A stretch of DNA of 64,000 nt, from NCBI RefSeq assembly GCF_947568905.1, contig NC_079169.1, positions 11,098,001 through 11,162,000 on the forward strand. The letters run 5' to 3'. Shown one piece after another: positions 36,892 through 49,775 of the stretch. The notes beneath the pieces were generated by a model. That model was given only the letters and a program-made list of their open reading frames with translations, was not told the DNA's origin and ran no database searches. The stretch's first letter is position 1. The number at the start of each line of letters is the position of its first letter. Both the position numbers and the translations under genes were made by a program. Origin of the DNA: Ostrea edulis. Its lineage: Eukaryota.

Positions 36892-37839
36892 CAGGTGATT
36901 CTCGATGGCTCATATTTCAATCTCTCGAAGTGAAATCATGGTCTTTATTTTTATCTCTATATAACAAAGCAAATTTACTATCGATCTCTCGAACTATTGA
37001 TTTCTCAAAAATCTTGATCTCTGAGGGTGAAGTTGGGTCCCGTAAAACACATTTCATTCTAGATCTCGAGAAGTGGGGTAGCATATACCCACCATTACCC
37101 AAGCATGTAATAATTTCTGCTTGGACCTTACCTGGATTTTGTTGAATGCTGGAGGATAGTGTGGCTGTGGTAATTAGGTGTTTACATATTAGGTGAAACT
37201 TCACCTGTGCTTCTTTGTGGAGGTGACACACTTGAGTATATAATTGGCTAATTGGTCAGTTTACACCTTACACAGGGATCTTGTGATGATTAAAATTTAT
37301 ATAATCCAACTATAATAAAAGAAATGTTTTTTTATATAATCCCACTATGAATAAAATCTATAATTTCTTTTGACTTGACAACAAGAGAGTAAGTTTTAGA
37401 CTTTAATTTAGAAATCTACAAACTGTTAAATTTCTTGAGTTTGTTCTTTGTGTAAAGTTACTCTAAAACATAATTTTACTCATTCGTTAGAATTTTTGTT
37501 TTGTGTAAAGCAACATAACATTGTGCTCTGTTTAGTTAGTGATAGTAAAGCTTCATGGGAACTTTTGTATGCCTGTCTTAGCATGATTAAAGAACAAATA
37601 AATACATAAACTTTGAAATGTTTTTATTAATGCAAAATAAGGTTTTTTATTTTGATATCAAAGTACCTGACAAATATGAAGGAAAACATGTCAAAACGAT
37701 ATGATCTTGTTGATAAAGATTTCCAGTTACTGTAAAATCTGAACCATATGGTTGGACCTTCAATTTCCGAATTTCGAACTCTAGATTTCTCTAAGTTTTA
37801 TCAAGGTCCCTCAAACTTTGAGTTATCGAGAGTTGCCTG
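36892..37839. mobile_element. Probable Tc1/pogo-type MITE
   Basis: Imperfect ends caggtgattctcgat / atcgagagttgcctg with TA on both sides. Confidence 0.5.
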
Positions 37840-38077
37840 TATTTGTATTTCACTACACAAGCATCTAATGACATCGTTGTAATTTGACAGGGCTGTGGGA
37901 TTATTATCATTATTTAGTTTGTTATCCAGCAATATTAAAGTCTCATTATTCTACACCAACACCTCACATATGAGCAATCATAGCAAGATTATGTTGAAAA
38001 GAATTCCAGCTTAAATATTCATGTTATGATGGGTCCCATTTTCATTAATCATTCAAAAGCTATCGCAGGCAAATTAA

Positions 38078-41000
38078 TGTCAGTAACCAATAACAGACTG
38101 TCACAGTGTCAGTCATCAGTAACAGACTGTCACAGTGTCAGTAACAGTAACAGACTGTCACAGTGTCAGTAACAGTAACAGACTGTCACAGTGTCAGTCA
38201 TCAGTAACAGAGTGTCACAGTGTCAGTCATCAGTAATAGACCATCACAGTGTCAGTAACAGTAACAGACTGTCACAGTGTCAGTAACAGTAACAGAGTGT
38301 CACAGTGTCAGTAATCAGTAACAGACTGTCACAGTGTCAGTAATTACTAACAGACTGTCACAGTGTCAGTCATCAGTAACAGAGTGTCACAGTGTCAGTC
38401 ATTAGTAACAGACTGTCACAGTGTCAGTCATCAGTAACAGACCATCACAGTGTCAGTCATCAGTAATAGACTGTCACAGTGTCAGTAATTACTAACAGAC
38501 TGTCACAGTGTCAGTAACAGTAACAGACTGTCACAGTGTCAGTCATCAGTAACAGACTGTCACAGTGTCAGTCATCAGTAACAGACCATCACAGTATCAG
38601 TCATCAGTAACAGACTGTCACAGTGTCAGTCATCAGTAACAGACCATCACAGTGTCAGTCATCAGTAACAGACTGTCACAGTGTCAGTAATCAGTAACAG
38701 ACCATCACAATGTCAGTCATCAGTAACAGACCATCAAAGTGTCAGTCATCAGTAACAGACTGTCACAGTGTCAGTCATCAGTAACAGACCATCACAATGT
38801 CAGTCATCAGTAACAGACCATCACAGTGTCAGTCATCAGTAACAGACCATCACAATGTCAGTCATCAGTAACAGAGTGTCACAGTGTCAGTAATCAGTAA
38901 CAGACTGTCACAGTGTCAGTCATCAGTAACAGACCATCACAGTGTCAGTCATCAGTAACAGACTGTCACAGTGTCAGTCATCAGTAACAGACTGTCACAG
39001 TGTCAGTAACCAGTAACAGACTGTCACAGTGTCAGTCATCAGTAACAGACTGTCACAGTGTCAGTCATCAGTAACAGACCATCACAATGTCAGTCATCAG
39101 TAACAGACCATCAAAGTGTCAGTAATCAGTAACAGACCATCACAATGTCAGTCATCAGTAACAGACCATCACAGTGTCAGTCATCAGTAACAGACCATCA
39201 CAATGTCAGTCATCAGTAACAGAGTGTCACAGTGTCAGTAATCAGTAACAGGCTGTCACAGTGTCAGTAACAGTAACAGACTGTCACAGTGTCAGTCATC
39301 AGTAACAGAGTGTCACAGTGTCAGTCACCAGTAACAGAGTGTCACAGTGTCAGTCATCAGTAACAGACTATCATAGTGTCAGTAACAGTAACAGGCTGTC
39401 ACAGTGTCAGTAACAGTAACAGACTGTCACAGTGTCAGTCATCAGTAACAGACTATCATAGTGTCAGTAATTACTAACAGACTGTCACAGTGTCAGTAAC
39501 AGTAACAGACTGTCACAGTGTCAGTCATCAGTAACAGACTGTCACAGTGTCAGTCATCAGTAACAGACTATCACAGTGTCAGTAACAGTAACAGACTGTC
39601 ACAGTGTCAGTAATCAGTAACAGACCATCACAATGTCAGTCATCAGTAACAGACCATCAAAGTGTCAGTCATCAGTAACAGACCATCACAATGTCAGTCA
39701 TCAGTAACAGACTGTCACAGTGTCAGTCATCAGTAACAGACTGTCACAGTATCAGTAATCAGTAACAGACCATCACAGTGTCAGTCATCAGTAACAGACC
39801 ATCAAAGTGTCAGTAATCAGTAACAGACCATCACAGTGTCAGTCATCAGTAACAGACCATCACAATGTCAGTCATCAGTAACAGACCATCACAGTGTCAG
39901 TCATCAGTAACAGACTGTCACAGTGTCAGTCATCAGTAACAGACTGTCACAGTGTCAGTCATCAGTAACAGACTGTCACAGTGTCAGTCATCAGTAACAG
40001 ACCATCAAAGTGTCAGTCATCAGTAACAGACTGTCACAGTGTCAGTAATTACTAACAGACTGTCACAGTGTCAGTAACAGTAACAGACTGTCACAGTGTC
40101 AGTCATCAGTAACAGACCATCAAAGTGTCAGTAATCAGTAACAGACCATCACAGTGTCAGTCATCAGTAACAGACCATCACAATGTCAGTCATCAGTAAC
40201 AGACCATCACAGTGTCAGTCATCAGTAACAGACTGTCACAGTGTCAGTCATCAGTAACAGACTGTCACAGTGTCAGTCATCAGTAACAGACTGTCACAGT
40301 GTCAGTCATCAGTAACAGACCATCAAAGTGTCAGTCATCAGTAACAGACTGTCACAGTGTCAGTAATTACTAACAGACTGTCACAGTGTCAGTAACAGTA
40401 ACAGACTGTCACAGTGTCAGTCATCAGTAACAGAGTGTCACAGTGTCAGTCATCAGTAACAGACTGTCACAGTGTCAGTCATCAGTAACAGACTGTCACA
40501 GTGTCAGTCATCAGTAACAGACTGTCACAGTGTCAGTCATCAGTAACAGACTATCATAGTGTCAGTAATTACTAACAGACTGTCACAGTGTCAGTAACAG
40601 TAACAGACTGTCACAGTGTCAGTCATCAGTAACAGACTGTCACAGTGTCAGTCATCAGTAACAGACTATCACAGTGTCAGTAACAGTAACAGACTGTCAC
40701 AGTGTCAGTAATCAGTAACAGACCATCACAATGTCAGTCATCAGTAACAGACCATCAAAGTGTCAGTCATCAGTAACAGACTGTCACAGTGTCAGTCATC
40801 AGTAACAGACCATCACAATGTCAGTCATCAGTAACAGACCATCAAAGTGTCAGTCATCAGTAACAGACCATCACAATGTCAGTCATCAGTAACAGACTGT
40901 CACAGTGTCAGTCATCAGTAACAGACTGTCACAGTATCAGTAATCAGTAACAGACCATCACAGTGTCAGTCATCAGTAACAGACCATCAAAGTGTCAGTA

Positions 41001-42612
41001 ATCAGTAACAGACCATCACAGTGTCAGTAATCAGTAACAGACCATCACAATGTCAGTCATCAGTAACAGACTGTCACAGTGTCAGTAATCAGTAACAGAC
41101 CATCACAATGTCAGTCATCAGTAACAGACTGTCACAGTGTCAGTAATCAGTAACAGACCATCACAATGTCAGTAATCAGTAACAGACTGTCACAGTGTCA
41201 GTCATCAGTAACAGACTGTCACAGTATCAGTCATCAGTAACAGACCATCACAATGTCAGTCATCAGTAACAGACCATCACAGTGTCAGTCATCAGTAACA
41301 GACCATCACAGTGTCAGTCATCAGTAACAGACTGTCACAGTGTCAGTCATCAGTAACAGACTGTCACAGTGTCAGTCATCAGTAACAGACTGTCACAGTG
41401 TCAGTCATCAGTAACAGACCATCAAAGTGTCAGTCATCAGTAACAGACTGTCACAGTGTCAGTAATTACTAACAGACTGTCACAGTGTCAGTAACAGTAA
41501 CATACTGTCACAGTGTCAGTCATCAGTAACAGAGTGTCACAGTGTCAGTAATTAATAACAGACTGTCACAGTGTCAGTAATCAGTAACAGACTGTCACAG
41601 TGTCAGTCATCAGTAACAGAGTGTCACAGTGTCAGTCATCAGTAACAGACCATCAAAGTGTCAGTAATCAGTAACAGACCATCACAGTGTCAGTCATCAG
41701 TAACAGACTGTCACAGTGTCAGTAATCAGTAACAGAGTGTCACAGTGTCAGTCACCAGTAACAGAGTGTCACAGTGTCAGTAATCAGTAACAGACCATCA
41801 CAGTGTCAGTCATCAGTAACAGACTGTCACAGTGTCAGTAATCAGTAACAGACTGTCACAGTGTCAGTCACCAGTAACAGACCATCACAATGTCAGTCAT
41901 CAGTAACAGAGTGTCACAGTGTCAGTCACCAGTAACAGAGTGTCACAGTGTCAGTCATCAGTAACAGACTATCACAGTGTCAGTCACCAGTAACAGACCA
42001 TCACAATGTCAGTCATCAGTAACAGACCATCACAGTGTCAGTAACAGTAACAGGCTGTCACAGTGTCAGTAACAGTAACAGACTGTCACAGTGTCAGTCA
42101 TCAGTAACAGACTATCATAGTGTCAGTAATTACTAACAGACTGTCACAGTGTCAGTAACAGTAACAGACTGTCACAGTGTCAGTCATCAGTAACAGACTG
42201 TCACAGTGTCAGTAACAGTAACAGACTGTCACAGTATCAGTCATCAGTAACATACTGTCACAGTGTCAGTCATCAGTAACAGAGTGTCACAGTGTCAGTC
42301 ATCAGTAACAGAGTGTCACAGTGTCAGTAATCAGTAACAGACTGTCACAGTGTCAGTCATCAGTAACAGACTGTCACAGTGTCAGTAACAGTAACAGACT
42401 GTCACAGTGTCAGTAACAGTAACAGACTGTCACAGTGTCAGTCATCAGTAACAGAGTGTCACAGTGTCAGTCATCAGTAACAGACTGTCACAGTGTCAGT
42501 CATCAGTAACAGACTGTCACAGTGTCAGTCATCAGTAACAGACTGTCACAGTGTCAGTAACAGTAACAGACTGTCACAGTGTCAGTCATCAGTAACAAAC
42601 TGTCAAAGTGTC
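38078..42612. repeat. Minisatellite, 28-29-bp unit agtaacagactgtcacagtgtcagtcatc (~155 copies, 4.5 kb) in GXYLT intron 2
   Basis: Period 29 (tcacagtgtc at 38101, 38130). Variants accatc, gagtg, caaag, and 28-bp agtaac units. Confidence 0.97.
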
Positions 42613-42821
42613 AATATTCAACAAAATACATTAGACAAATATGAAGATAACAATAACAGTAGTACAACAGTAGTACAGAGGGAACAAAACCGATCCAGTC
42701 AGTTTGAATATAATATATTTCATCGAGTGAGATGCTTACTAAAGGAACAAGCCATTTCGTCTTCAATATAAATGTGATGTTAATTTGCCGATTGATCAGC
42801 AGGTTTTCTTGATATTTACAG

Positions 42822-42950
42822 ATAGCATCCTGGCCAAGAGTCATCAGTGAGAAATTTGAATATCACTTGTATGATATCAGTTACCCCGACTCAAACAATG
42901 AATGGAAAATGTTGTTTAAACCATGTGCCTCCCAGCGATTATTTATTCCT
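42822..42950 (+). CDS. GXYLT1: GXYLT coding exon 3
   Basis: IASWPRVISEKFEYHLYDISYPDSNNEWKMLFKPCASQRLFIP contains the conserved EWK.LFKPCASQRLF. tttacag / gtaagt ends. Confidence 0.93.
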
Positions 42951-43165
42951 GTAAGTACTCTGGGTGTTTTGAGCAGATGTTCCAAGAGTTGCTAGGTTAC
43001 ATAAACTATTAAAAGATTTCTCTGTCTTCTGTATGTGTGGCATACTTTCTTTCTCCAAAATAATTTCATGTCATGTCACCAAACTCAACATGATTATGTG
43101 AATAATGTCCTGACATCAAATTCAATATGATTGTTTGTATTCTGCCATGCTATGATTGTGTGTAG

Positions 43166-43286
43166 CACAGGTGCTTGGGTCATAATATATGAATACACAT
43201 CTAACCTTATACATAATATGTAGTTGATTATTTACATAAGTATAAGGTTAGATGTGTATTCATATATTATGACCCAAGCACCTGTG
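43166..43286. mobile_element. 121-bp hairpin MITE, 8-bp TSD (hAT-like)
   Basis: ~47-bp perfect arms beginning cacaggtgcttggg. TSD gtgtgtag at 43158-43165 and 43287-43294. Confidence 0.85.
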
Positions 43287-43555
43287 GTGTGTAGAGCCAT
43301 ATTGTGTCCAGAAGAAGTGTTATTTTCTGAGAGAGGAGAACTCTGGCCCGTATTTCTTGAAAGAATTTATATTTAAAACTTGGACTTAGATTTTACGCAA
43401 ATTTTGACCGTTCAAATGTTTTTTAAAAAGTTTGAAATTTTTTCGAGAAATCCAAGGCAGGTGTCACCATGGCTCCTGGTGGACCAAAAACAATTTGGAA
43501 TTTTAAGATATCATTACATAAGGTTACTTAAATTGCTTGCTTTATGATGTCTTAA

Positions 43556-44770
43556 AGGGAAAGGCAACCCAAAAGATTTTTACATTATAAATGATAGGAT
43601 TAATCATATGATAAAGATTTGTCATACAATTCTGTTGATACATGTATATGGCCTAGATATGCTTCAGTACTAATTTGAAAACGTCAAAAATTGAAATTCC
43701 CGCATTCTATAGAGGCTGCCAGATGTGTAACTCTTTTGTATTCAAGACCACAAAAATCAATAATTTTGACGTCACACCGTCTGTTCCGGTTTTGATGAGA
43801 TTCTAAGATCCTCCACAGGTGTTTGGGTTCAGCCTCACCACCCCCCCCCCACCCCCACCCCCCCCCCCCCCCCCCCCCCCTCCGAATAAGCTACATGAGT
43901 TGATTTAATTATTTTTTTCTTGAAAATATTTCTAATGCATGTCAACGTCTTGCATACCCATAAAGTCCAAAATAATTCAAAATAAGCCTTTTAAAAAAAA
44001 ATACCACTGTTTATTATATAAGTTCTGTTATAATAACCAGTGGGGGTATTTTTTTTAAAAGGACTTAATTTTGACTTTATGGGTATGCAAGACGTTGTTG
44101 ACATGCATTAGAAATATTTTCAACAAAAAATTAATTAAATCAACTCATGTAGCTTATTCGGAGGGGGGGAGGGGGGGGGGTGTGTGAACCCCAAGCACCT
44201 GCGAGATCATCAATTGAAAGATGTGCATGTGATAGATCTTCCAAATAAATAGGTTGATGCCTTCCTTGCAAGCAGTTAATTACACTTATGCGAAGGGGAG
44301 ATGTGAAAAAAGGTTATTTTTCAAAATTCCTGACTCAACCAAGTTATTTGAAAAGAAAAGACTACGTAAACTGTGGATCCATCAATTGCGTAATGATAAG
44401 TTGAGGTTGGAGACATTTGTATGAAGAATGTGTACCGTCTGCCTGGTCTGCAACTCGACTTAACGCCTTCTTTTCTCAATTTCTTCTTGCGAAAGAACGG
44501 GCTCAAATCCATACAGCTCCAAACTTAACTGTTCGTGACTTGTCATGTTTACAGTGCTGCTGATGAAATAAACCGGAATAGACGGTGTGACGTCATAAAT
44601 TAAACTCCAATGGCCACTCTCTTAGTGGCGGGTAATTTAAAATACATGATAGATTAAAATTGATTTAATTGTTAAGCAAAGATTTTTGTAGTTAAAGACT
44701 GTCAATTACGATATCAGTAAGTGATACTTTATTCATCAAAGCAAATATGTGGTTAGGGTTGCCTTTCCCT
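43556..44770. mobile_element. Kolobok-type MITE
   Basis: TIR agggaaaggcaaccc / gggttgcctttccct with TTAA duplication. Internal inverted gacgtcacaccgtct..ccggttt blocks. Confidence 0.82.
43814..44203. mobile_element. 390-bp foldback MITE nested in the Kolobok MITE
   Basis: Near-whole-length palindrome with ends cacaggtgtttggg / cccaagcacctgcg. TSD agatcctc / agatcatc (1 mismatch). Same terminus as 43166-43286. Confidence 0.8.
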
Positions 44771-44848
44771 TTAATAGAATCTCTTGTCATGATTTTGATA
44801 ATCTCTGTACAATACACACGTCTGAATCGAGTTTTATATTTTGAAAAA

Positions 44849-45112
44849 GGGGCAAACTGGTAACTCAGATTCTCAGACAATCTCTGTTAATGGGCAAACT
44901 GGTAACTCGGATTCTCAGACAATCTCTGTTATTGGGCAAACTGGTAACTCGGATTCTCAGACAATCTCTGTTAATGGGCAAACTGGTAACTCAGATTCTC
45001 AGACAATCTCTGTTATTGGGCAAACTGGTAACTCGGATTCTCAGACAATCTCTGTTAATGGGCAAACTGGTAACTCAGATTGTAACTCAGATTCTCAAAC
45101 AATCTCTGTTAA
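44849..45112. repeat. 42-bp tandem repeat gggcaaactggtaactcagattctcagacaatctctgttaat (~6 copies)
   Basis: Seen directly. It explains the repetitive ORFs at 44841 and 44890. Confidence 0.93.
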
Positions 45113-45193
45113 TAATTATGTGTCACTACCCAGTCAAACAGAATCAATAGATGTTCATAGCTTAATACTGCATTTGAATTCATTCTTTTACAG

Positions 45194-45386
45194 TCACTCT
45201 TAACCAATGTGGATTCTGTGCTGTATGTTGACACAGACATTTTATTTCTGTCTCCGCTGGAGGAAATCTGGTTCCATTTTACCCGGTTCAATAACACCCA
45301 GCTGATTGCTCTGGCTCCAGAGAGTGAGGACAGACAAACTGGCTGGTACAATAGATTTGCCAGACACCCATATTATGGGGAGCTAG
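45194..45386 (+). CDS. GXYLT1: GXYLT coding exon 4
   Basis: SLLTNVDSVLYVDTDILFLSPLEEIW...WYNRFARHPYYG contains the GT8 DxD motif and the GXYLT-specific WYNRFARHPYYG. Confidence 0.95.
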
Positions 45387-45553
45387 GTAAAAATAATGAT
45401 TTGGACATTTTATAACTATTTACCTGTCTTAACATCAGTGATCTGTGGAAATTTCCCCACTAACTGAGGATAGGACAGAAAGTGCACATGTATTCCATGG
45501 TTGAATGTACATGTCATCATCAATATTTCAAAACTTTTCTCATGAATTTCTAG

Positions 45554-45703
45554 GGGTCAATTCTGGCGTGATGCTGATGAATTTAACAAGACTTAGAAAT
45601 TCCACGTGGCTTCCATCAGTAATGAAATACTACAGAGAGTACAAATTGAAAATAACCTGGGGCGATCAGGACCTAATCAACATTTACTTTCACTTTCACC
45701 CTG
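45554..45703 (+). CDS. GXYLT1: GXYLT coding exon 5
   Basis: [15 protein letters not shown]...[14 protein letters not shown], with phase 1/1 GT-AG ends. Confidence 0.95.
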
Positions 45704-45992
45704 GTAAGAAGAATATATAATGAAATACAATGCTGATGTGATGGTACTTAATTGTTTGTTTGTTTTTTTTGTTGTTTTTTTGTTTTCTTTTTTGTTTATT
45801 TTATTTATTTCTTAATTTTTTTTCCTTTTGATTTAAAGAATATATCTACATTCATTTATTTTCAATTCCAAAATTATGTTTTTAAATTCAAATCATGCAG
45901 CTTTTTCTAGTGTCTTCATGTATTTATGTACAATGTAGAGAGGTCAATAGGATTTTTTTCTTAATCACAGATGAGCTTTACTTTTACACAAG

Positions 45993-46368
45993 TGTAGTAA
46001 TTAGGGTCATACGGACCTTGGATATTGGACTGGGTAGCTCAGTGGTTAAAGCACCTGACTAGAATACAGGGGTCCTGGGTTCGAATCTCGGTCCAGCCAC
46101 AAATTTTCTCCTCTCTTATACTACATTTGGTGCCGTTGACCACCCCTGCACTGCAGGTTGTCCTGCCAGGGACAAAAAAGAATCTGAGTTTTTTGTGTCT
46201 TCAAGGACGAAGACAAATTAAGGAGGGAGGAATGTAGTAATCAAGGCCATACGGACCTTGGATATTGGACTGGGTAGCTCAGTGGTTAGAGCACCTGACT
46301 AGTAATGCAGGGGTCCCGGGTTCGAATCCCGGTCCAGCCACAAATTTTCTCCTCTCTCTTATACTACA
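45993..46368 (+). mobile_element. Second TRIM with tRNA-like LTRs (Helenus-type)
   Basis: LTRs 45993-46125 and 46233-46368 (TGTAG..CTACA) with A/B boxes. PBS TGGTGCCGT at 46128 and PPT AAGGAGGGAGGAA at 46220-46232. Flanks caag/cata, while uninterrupted paralogous units read catg. Confidence 0.85.
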
Positions 46369-46579
46369 CATATATTCACATACATTAAAACGTAGAGAGG
46401 TCAATAGAATTTTGTTCTTAATCACAGATGAGCTTTATTTTTACTCATGTATTCACATACATTAAAACGTACTGAGGTCATAGAATTTTGTTCTTTATCA
46501 CAGATGAGCTTTATTTTTACTCATGTATTCACATACATTAAAATGTACAGAGGTCATAGAATTTTGTTCTTTATCACAG

Positions 46580-46752
46580 ATGAGCTTTACATTTACCCAT
46601 GTGAATGGAATTACAGACCTGATCATTGTATGTATACGAGTGTATGTAAAGGAGCAGATCGAAGTGGTGCTTATATACTTCATGGCAATCGACGCGCCAT
46701 GCAGAATGATAAACAGCCAGCATTTAAGGCTGTTTATACAGCATTTAAAGAA
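46580..46752 (+). CDS. GXYLT1: GXYLT coding exon 6
   Basis: DELYIYPCEWNYRPDHCMY.S.C..A...G..ILHGNR....DKQPAFKAVY, with GAA|gtaagt donor. Confidence 0.95.
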
Positions 46753-47621
46753 GTAAGTACTGGATTGAATATGATATATGCCCAGCCAACAAAGTCAATA
46801 GATTTACTTTTGAAGATTAAGCCATCGTGCACAGTTGTTCTAGAATATATGATAAAAGCTTTGTATGTCATATATAGGTAGCAAATAATGGAGGAAAATC
46901 TCCATTTCTTCAAGGTCACACATCTACCTTAAATTAAAACAAGGTCATAGGTGTTTGTCACTTCTTAGCATTGTGAAGAGAATAATGCTGAATGTTCTGA
47001 GTAAGCAATATATTACTCTCTGGTAGCTTTACGCTTCTGTAAGTCTTCTACTCTCAAAAACTATAAAGTTAAAGGCATAGGCTCTATCTTTTATCTCAAA
47101 AATGACATCACAATATTCTGCAAGAAGACCTCCAAAAAGCAAATTTGTAATATAGTTGCAGCGCTTTGAAATTGAAGTCATTTTGACGTGTTAGCCCTCT
47201 ATGAAATGTTTGTCTGGAGGACAATATATTAAACTGGTACCCCACTGATTTGTGGCTACACACAAACATAAGAGATGCAAAGTCAACAGGGTACCAGTTT
47301 AGGCAAATGAGAACAGGGAATTATTTTGTAATTACTATCGTATCCAATGTGTTTATAAACATTCTGAAGAACCTTTTGTGATTTTCTAGTTATGATCTTT
47401 AATTTCACCACCTTTTTGGAACATGCAAAATTTTACCAATATCTTAGACCCTATGCCTTTAAAACATAAAACTGAAAAAATCTTGAAATCTCAAGAATTC
47501 AAAAAGATCAAAGAAGGGAAATAAATCTTGGTTACCTCATCAATGCAACTTCAGCAAGGACAAGCGAAATTAATTAGATCGAGGTGTTTTGTGCATTGTA
47601 AGATTATTTTTATCATTGCAG

Positions 47622-47765
47622 TATGAATTCCTTCAGAAAATGAAAACGTCTTTACTTCCAACGCTTTTGAAGTATCTGGAGACGGCATCAAAGACTCCAT
47701 GTGGAACTGTCAAACATATATTTTCAAAAAGAGTTACCCAGTTTATAAACCATGCCGATCAATAG
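47622..47765 (+). CDS. GXYLT1: GXYLT terminal coding exon 7
   Basis: ttgcag| YEFLQKMKTSLLPTLLKYLETASKTPCGTVKHIFSKRVTQFINHADQ*. The T.CG...IF motif matches the GXYLT C-terminus. Total CDS is 1155 nt (384 aa). The GXYLT1 versus GXYLT2 label is nominal for an invertebrate. Confidence 0.85.
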   Translation, partial: YEFLQKMKTSLLPTLLKYLETASKTPCGTVKHIFSKRVTQFINHADQ

Positions 47766-48531
47766 ACAGTTATTGCTAGTAAACAAATTATGATTTCTGT
47801 CCTCCCTCTAAACAATGTATTACTGTGATAGACTGGAAAGAAGATTGTGTTTTATAAAAAGTTTTATGCATTTGATAAACTCTTGCATGTTTTTTTTTTT
47901 TATTAAGAACGGTGATCATGTTCCTATTAGTGTATTCTATTAAAAAAAAACATATTTTACTTGTAAATCATGAAATGATATATTAAAGAAAACACAGAAA
48001 TAATACAAAATATACACGTAATTTTTTTTTTATTTTTATGGTTCATCATCAGTGTATTCTATGAACAAACATTTATTACTTGTAAATCATGAAATGGTTT
48101 ATTAAAAGATAAGATAAAAACATACATATGAATGTTCATTTCTGTATTTGTTTTCAGTGCCCCTTTAACACGGGGGAGGGGTGTGTGTGTGTTATGACTG
48201 TCTTTCTGAACTGAATGTGACGACGGTCTTCCTCCCTTGTCGTTTGGAGATATCTATACTTCTGCATGCAGAATTACTGCTCAGTCTAAATAAATCAAAT
48301 CTCTATCACACTGAATTAAAGCCTTATATAATTGAAATATTGCTCTCTTCAAATGAATTAGTATGTGCTCTGATTATATTATTGCGGGCGTTAATTCATT
48401 TAAAGAGCTTTAAATGTACAAGTATTTTAGGTACATACTATAAGATATATATTGGATTATAGTTCTCAAAAAATTAAATGTGCAAATTAATAGAATCAGA
48501 GAGTGCTCAATCTTATTTGTGGAGAGCAACA

Positions 48532-48537
48532 TTTTTA

Positions 48538-48580
<43 letters not shown>

Positions 48581-48596
48581 CATTTTGTCCGGCGTC

Positions 48597-48635
<39 letters not shown>

Positions 48636-48688
48636 ATGAACCACCAGGCCAATTTCAACCAAACTCACCAAAACGCATCCTTAGGTGT

Positions 48689-48720
<32 letters not shown>

Positions 48721-49775
48721 TGTCCCTTTCAAAGGGGAGATGATCACAAAAATACAAAAATAGAGTGGGGTCATTTAAAAATCTTCTTCTCAAGAACCAC
48801 TGGGCCAGAAGAGCTGAAATTTACCTGAAAGCTTCCTGACATATTGCAGATTCAAGTTTGTTCAAATCATGGCCCCCGGTGGTAGGATGGGGCCACAAGG
48901 GGGATCAAAGTTTTACATACAAATATATAGGGAAACACTTTAAAAATCTTCTTCTGAAGAACCACTAAGCCAGAAAAGCTGAGATTTACATGAAAGCTTC
49001 CTGATATAATGCAGATTCAAGTTTGTTCAAATCATGGGCCCCTGGGGTTGGATGGGGCCGCAATAGGGTATCAAAGTTTTACATACAAATATATAGGAAA
49101 AATCTTTAAAAATCTTCTTCTCAAGAACCATTGAGCCAGAAAAGCTGATTTTTACATGAAAACTTTCTGATATAGTGCAGATTCAAGTTTGTTCAAATCA
49201 TGGCCCCCGGGGATAAGATGGGGCCCCAAGGGGGGATCAAAATTTTACACACAAATGTATAGGGAAAAACTTTAAAAATCTTCTTCTCAAGAACCACTAA
49301 GCCAGAAAAGCTGAGATTTACATGAGAGCTTCCTGACATAATGCAGATTCAAGTTTGTTCAAATCATGGGTTCCGGGGGTTGGATGCCCGGGGCCACAAG
49401 GGGGATCAAAATTTTACATACAAATATATAGTTAAAATCTTTTTCTCAATAACCATTGAGTCAGAAAAGCTGATATTTACAAGAAAACTTTCTGACATAG
49501 TGCAGATTCAAGTTTGTTCAAATCATGCCCTCCGGGAGGTAGGATGGGGCCACAAGTGGGGGGGGGGGGATCAAAGTTTTACATACAAATATAGGAAAAA
49601 GCTTTAAAAATCTTCTTCTCAAGAACCATTGGGCCAAAGAAGTTGACATTTACATGAAAGCTTTCTGACATAGTGTAGATTCAAGTTTGCAAAGGGTAGT
49701 TTGGGCCATAATAGGGACTAAGGTTTTACATGCAAATATATATGGAAAGTCTTCAGATATGGGCCAAGGTGACTC

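Noticed and set aside
44841-45203. GQTGNSDSQTISV repeat ORF (ice-binding or mucin-like appearance)
   Set aside because: An intronic 42-bp repeat between GXYLT exons 3 and 4, whose phases already join without it.
1-47765. MGAT4 and GXYLT as a functional glycosylation cluster
   Set aside because: They act in different pathways (N-glycan branching versus O-glucose xylosylation of EGF repeats), belong to different families, and are 23 kb apart with mostly TE sequence between them. Adjacency alone is not evidence.
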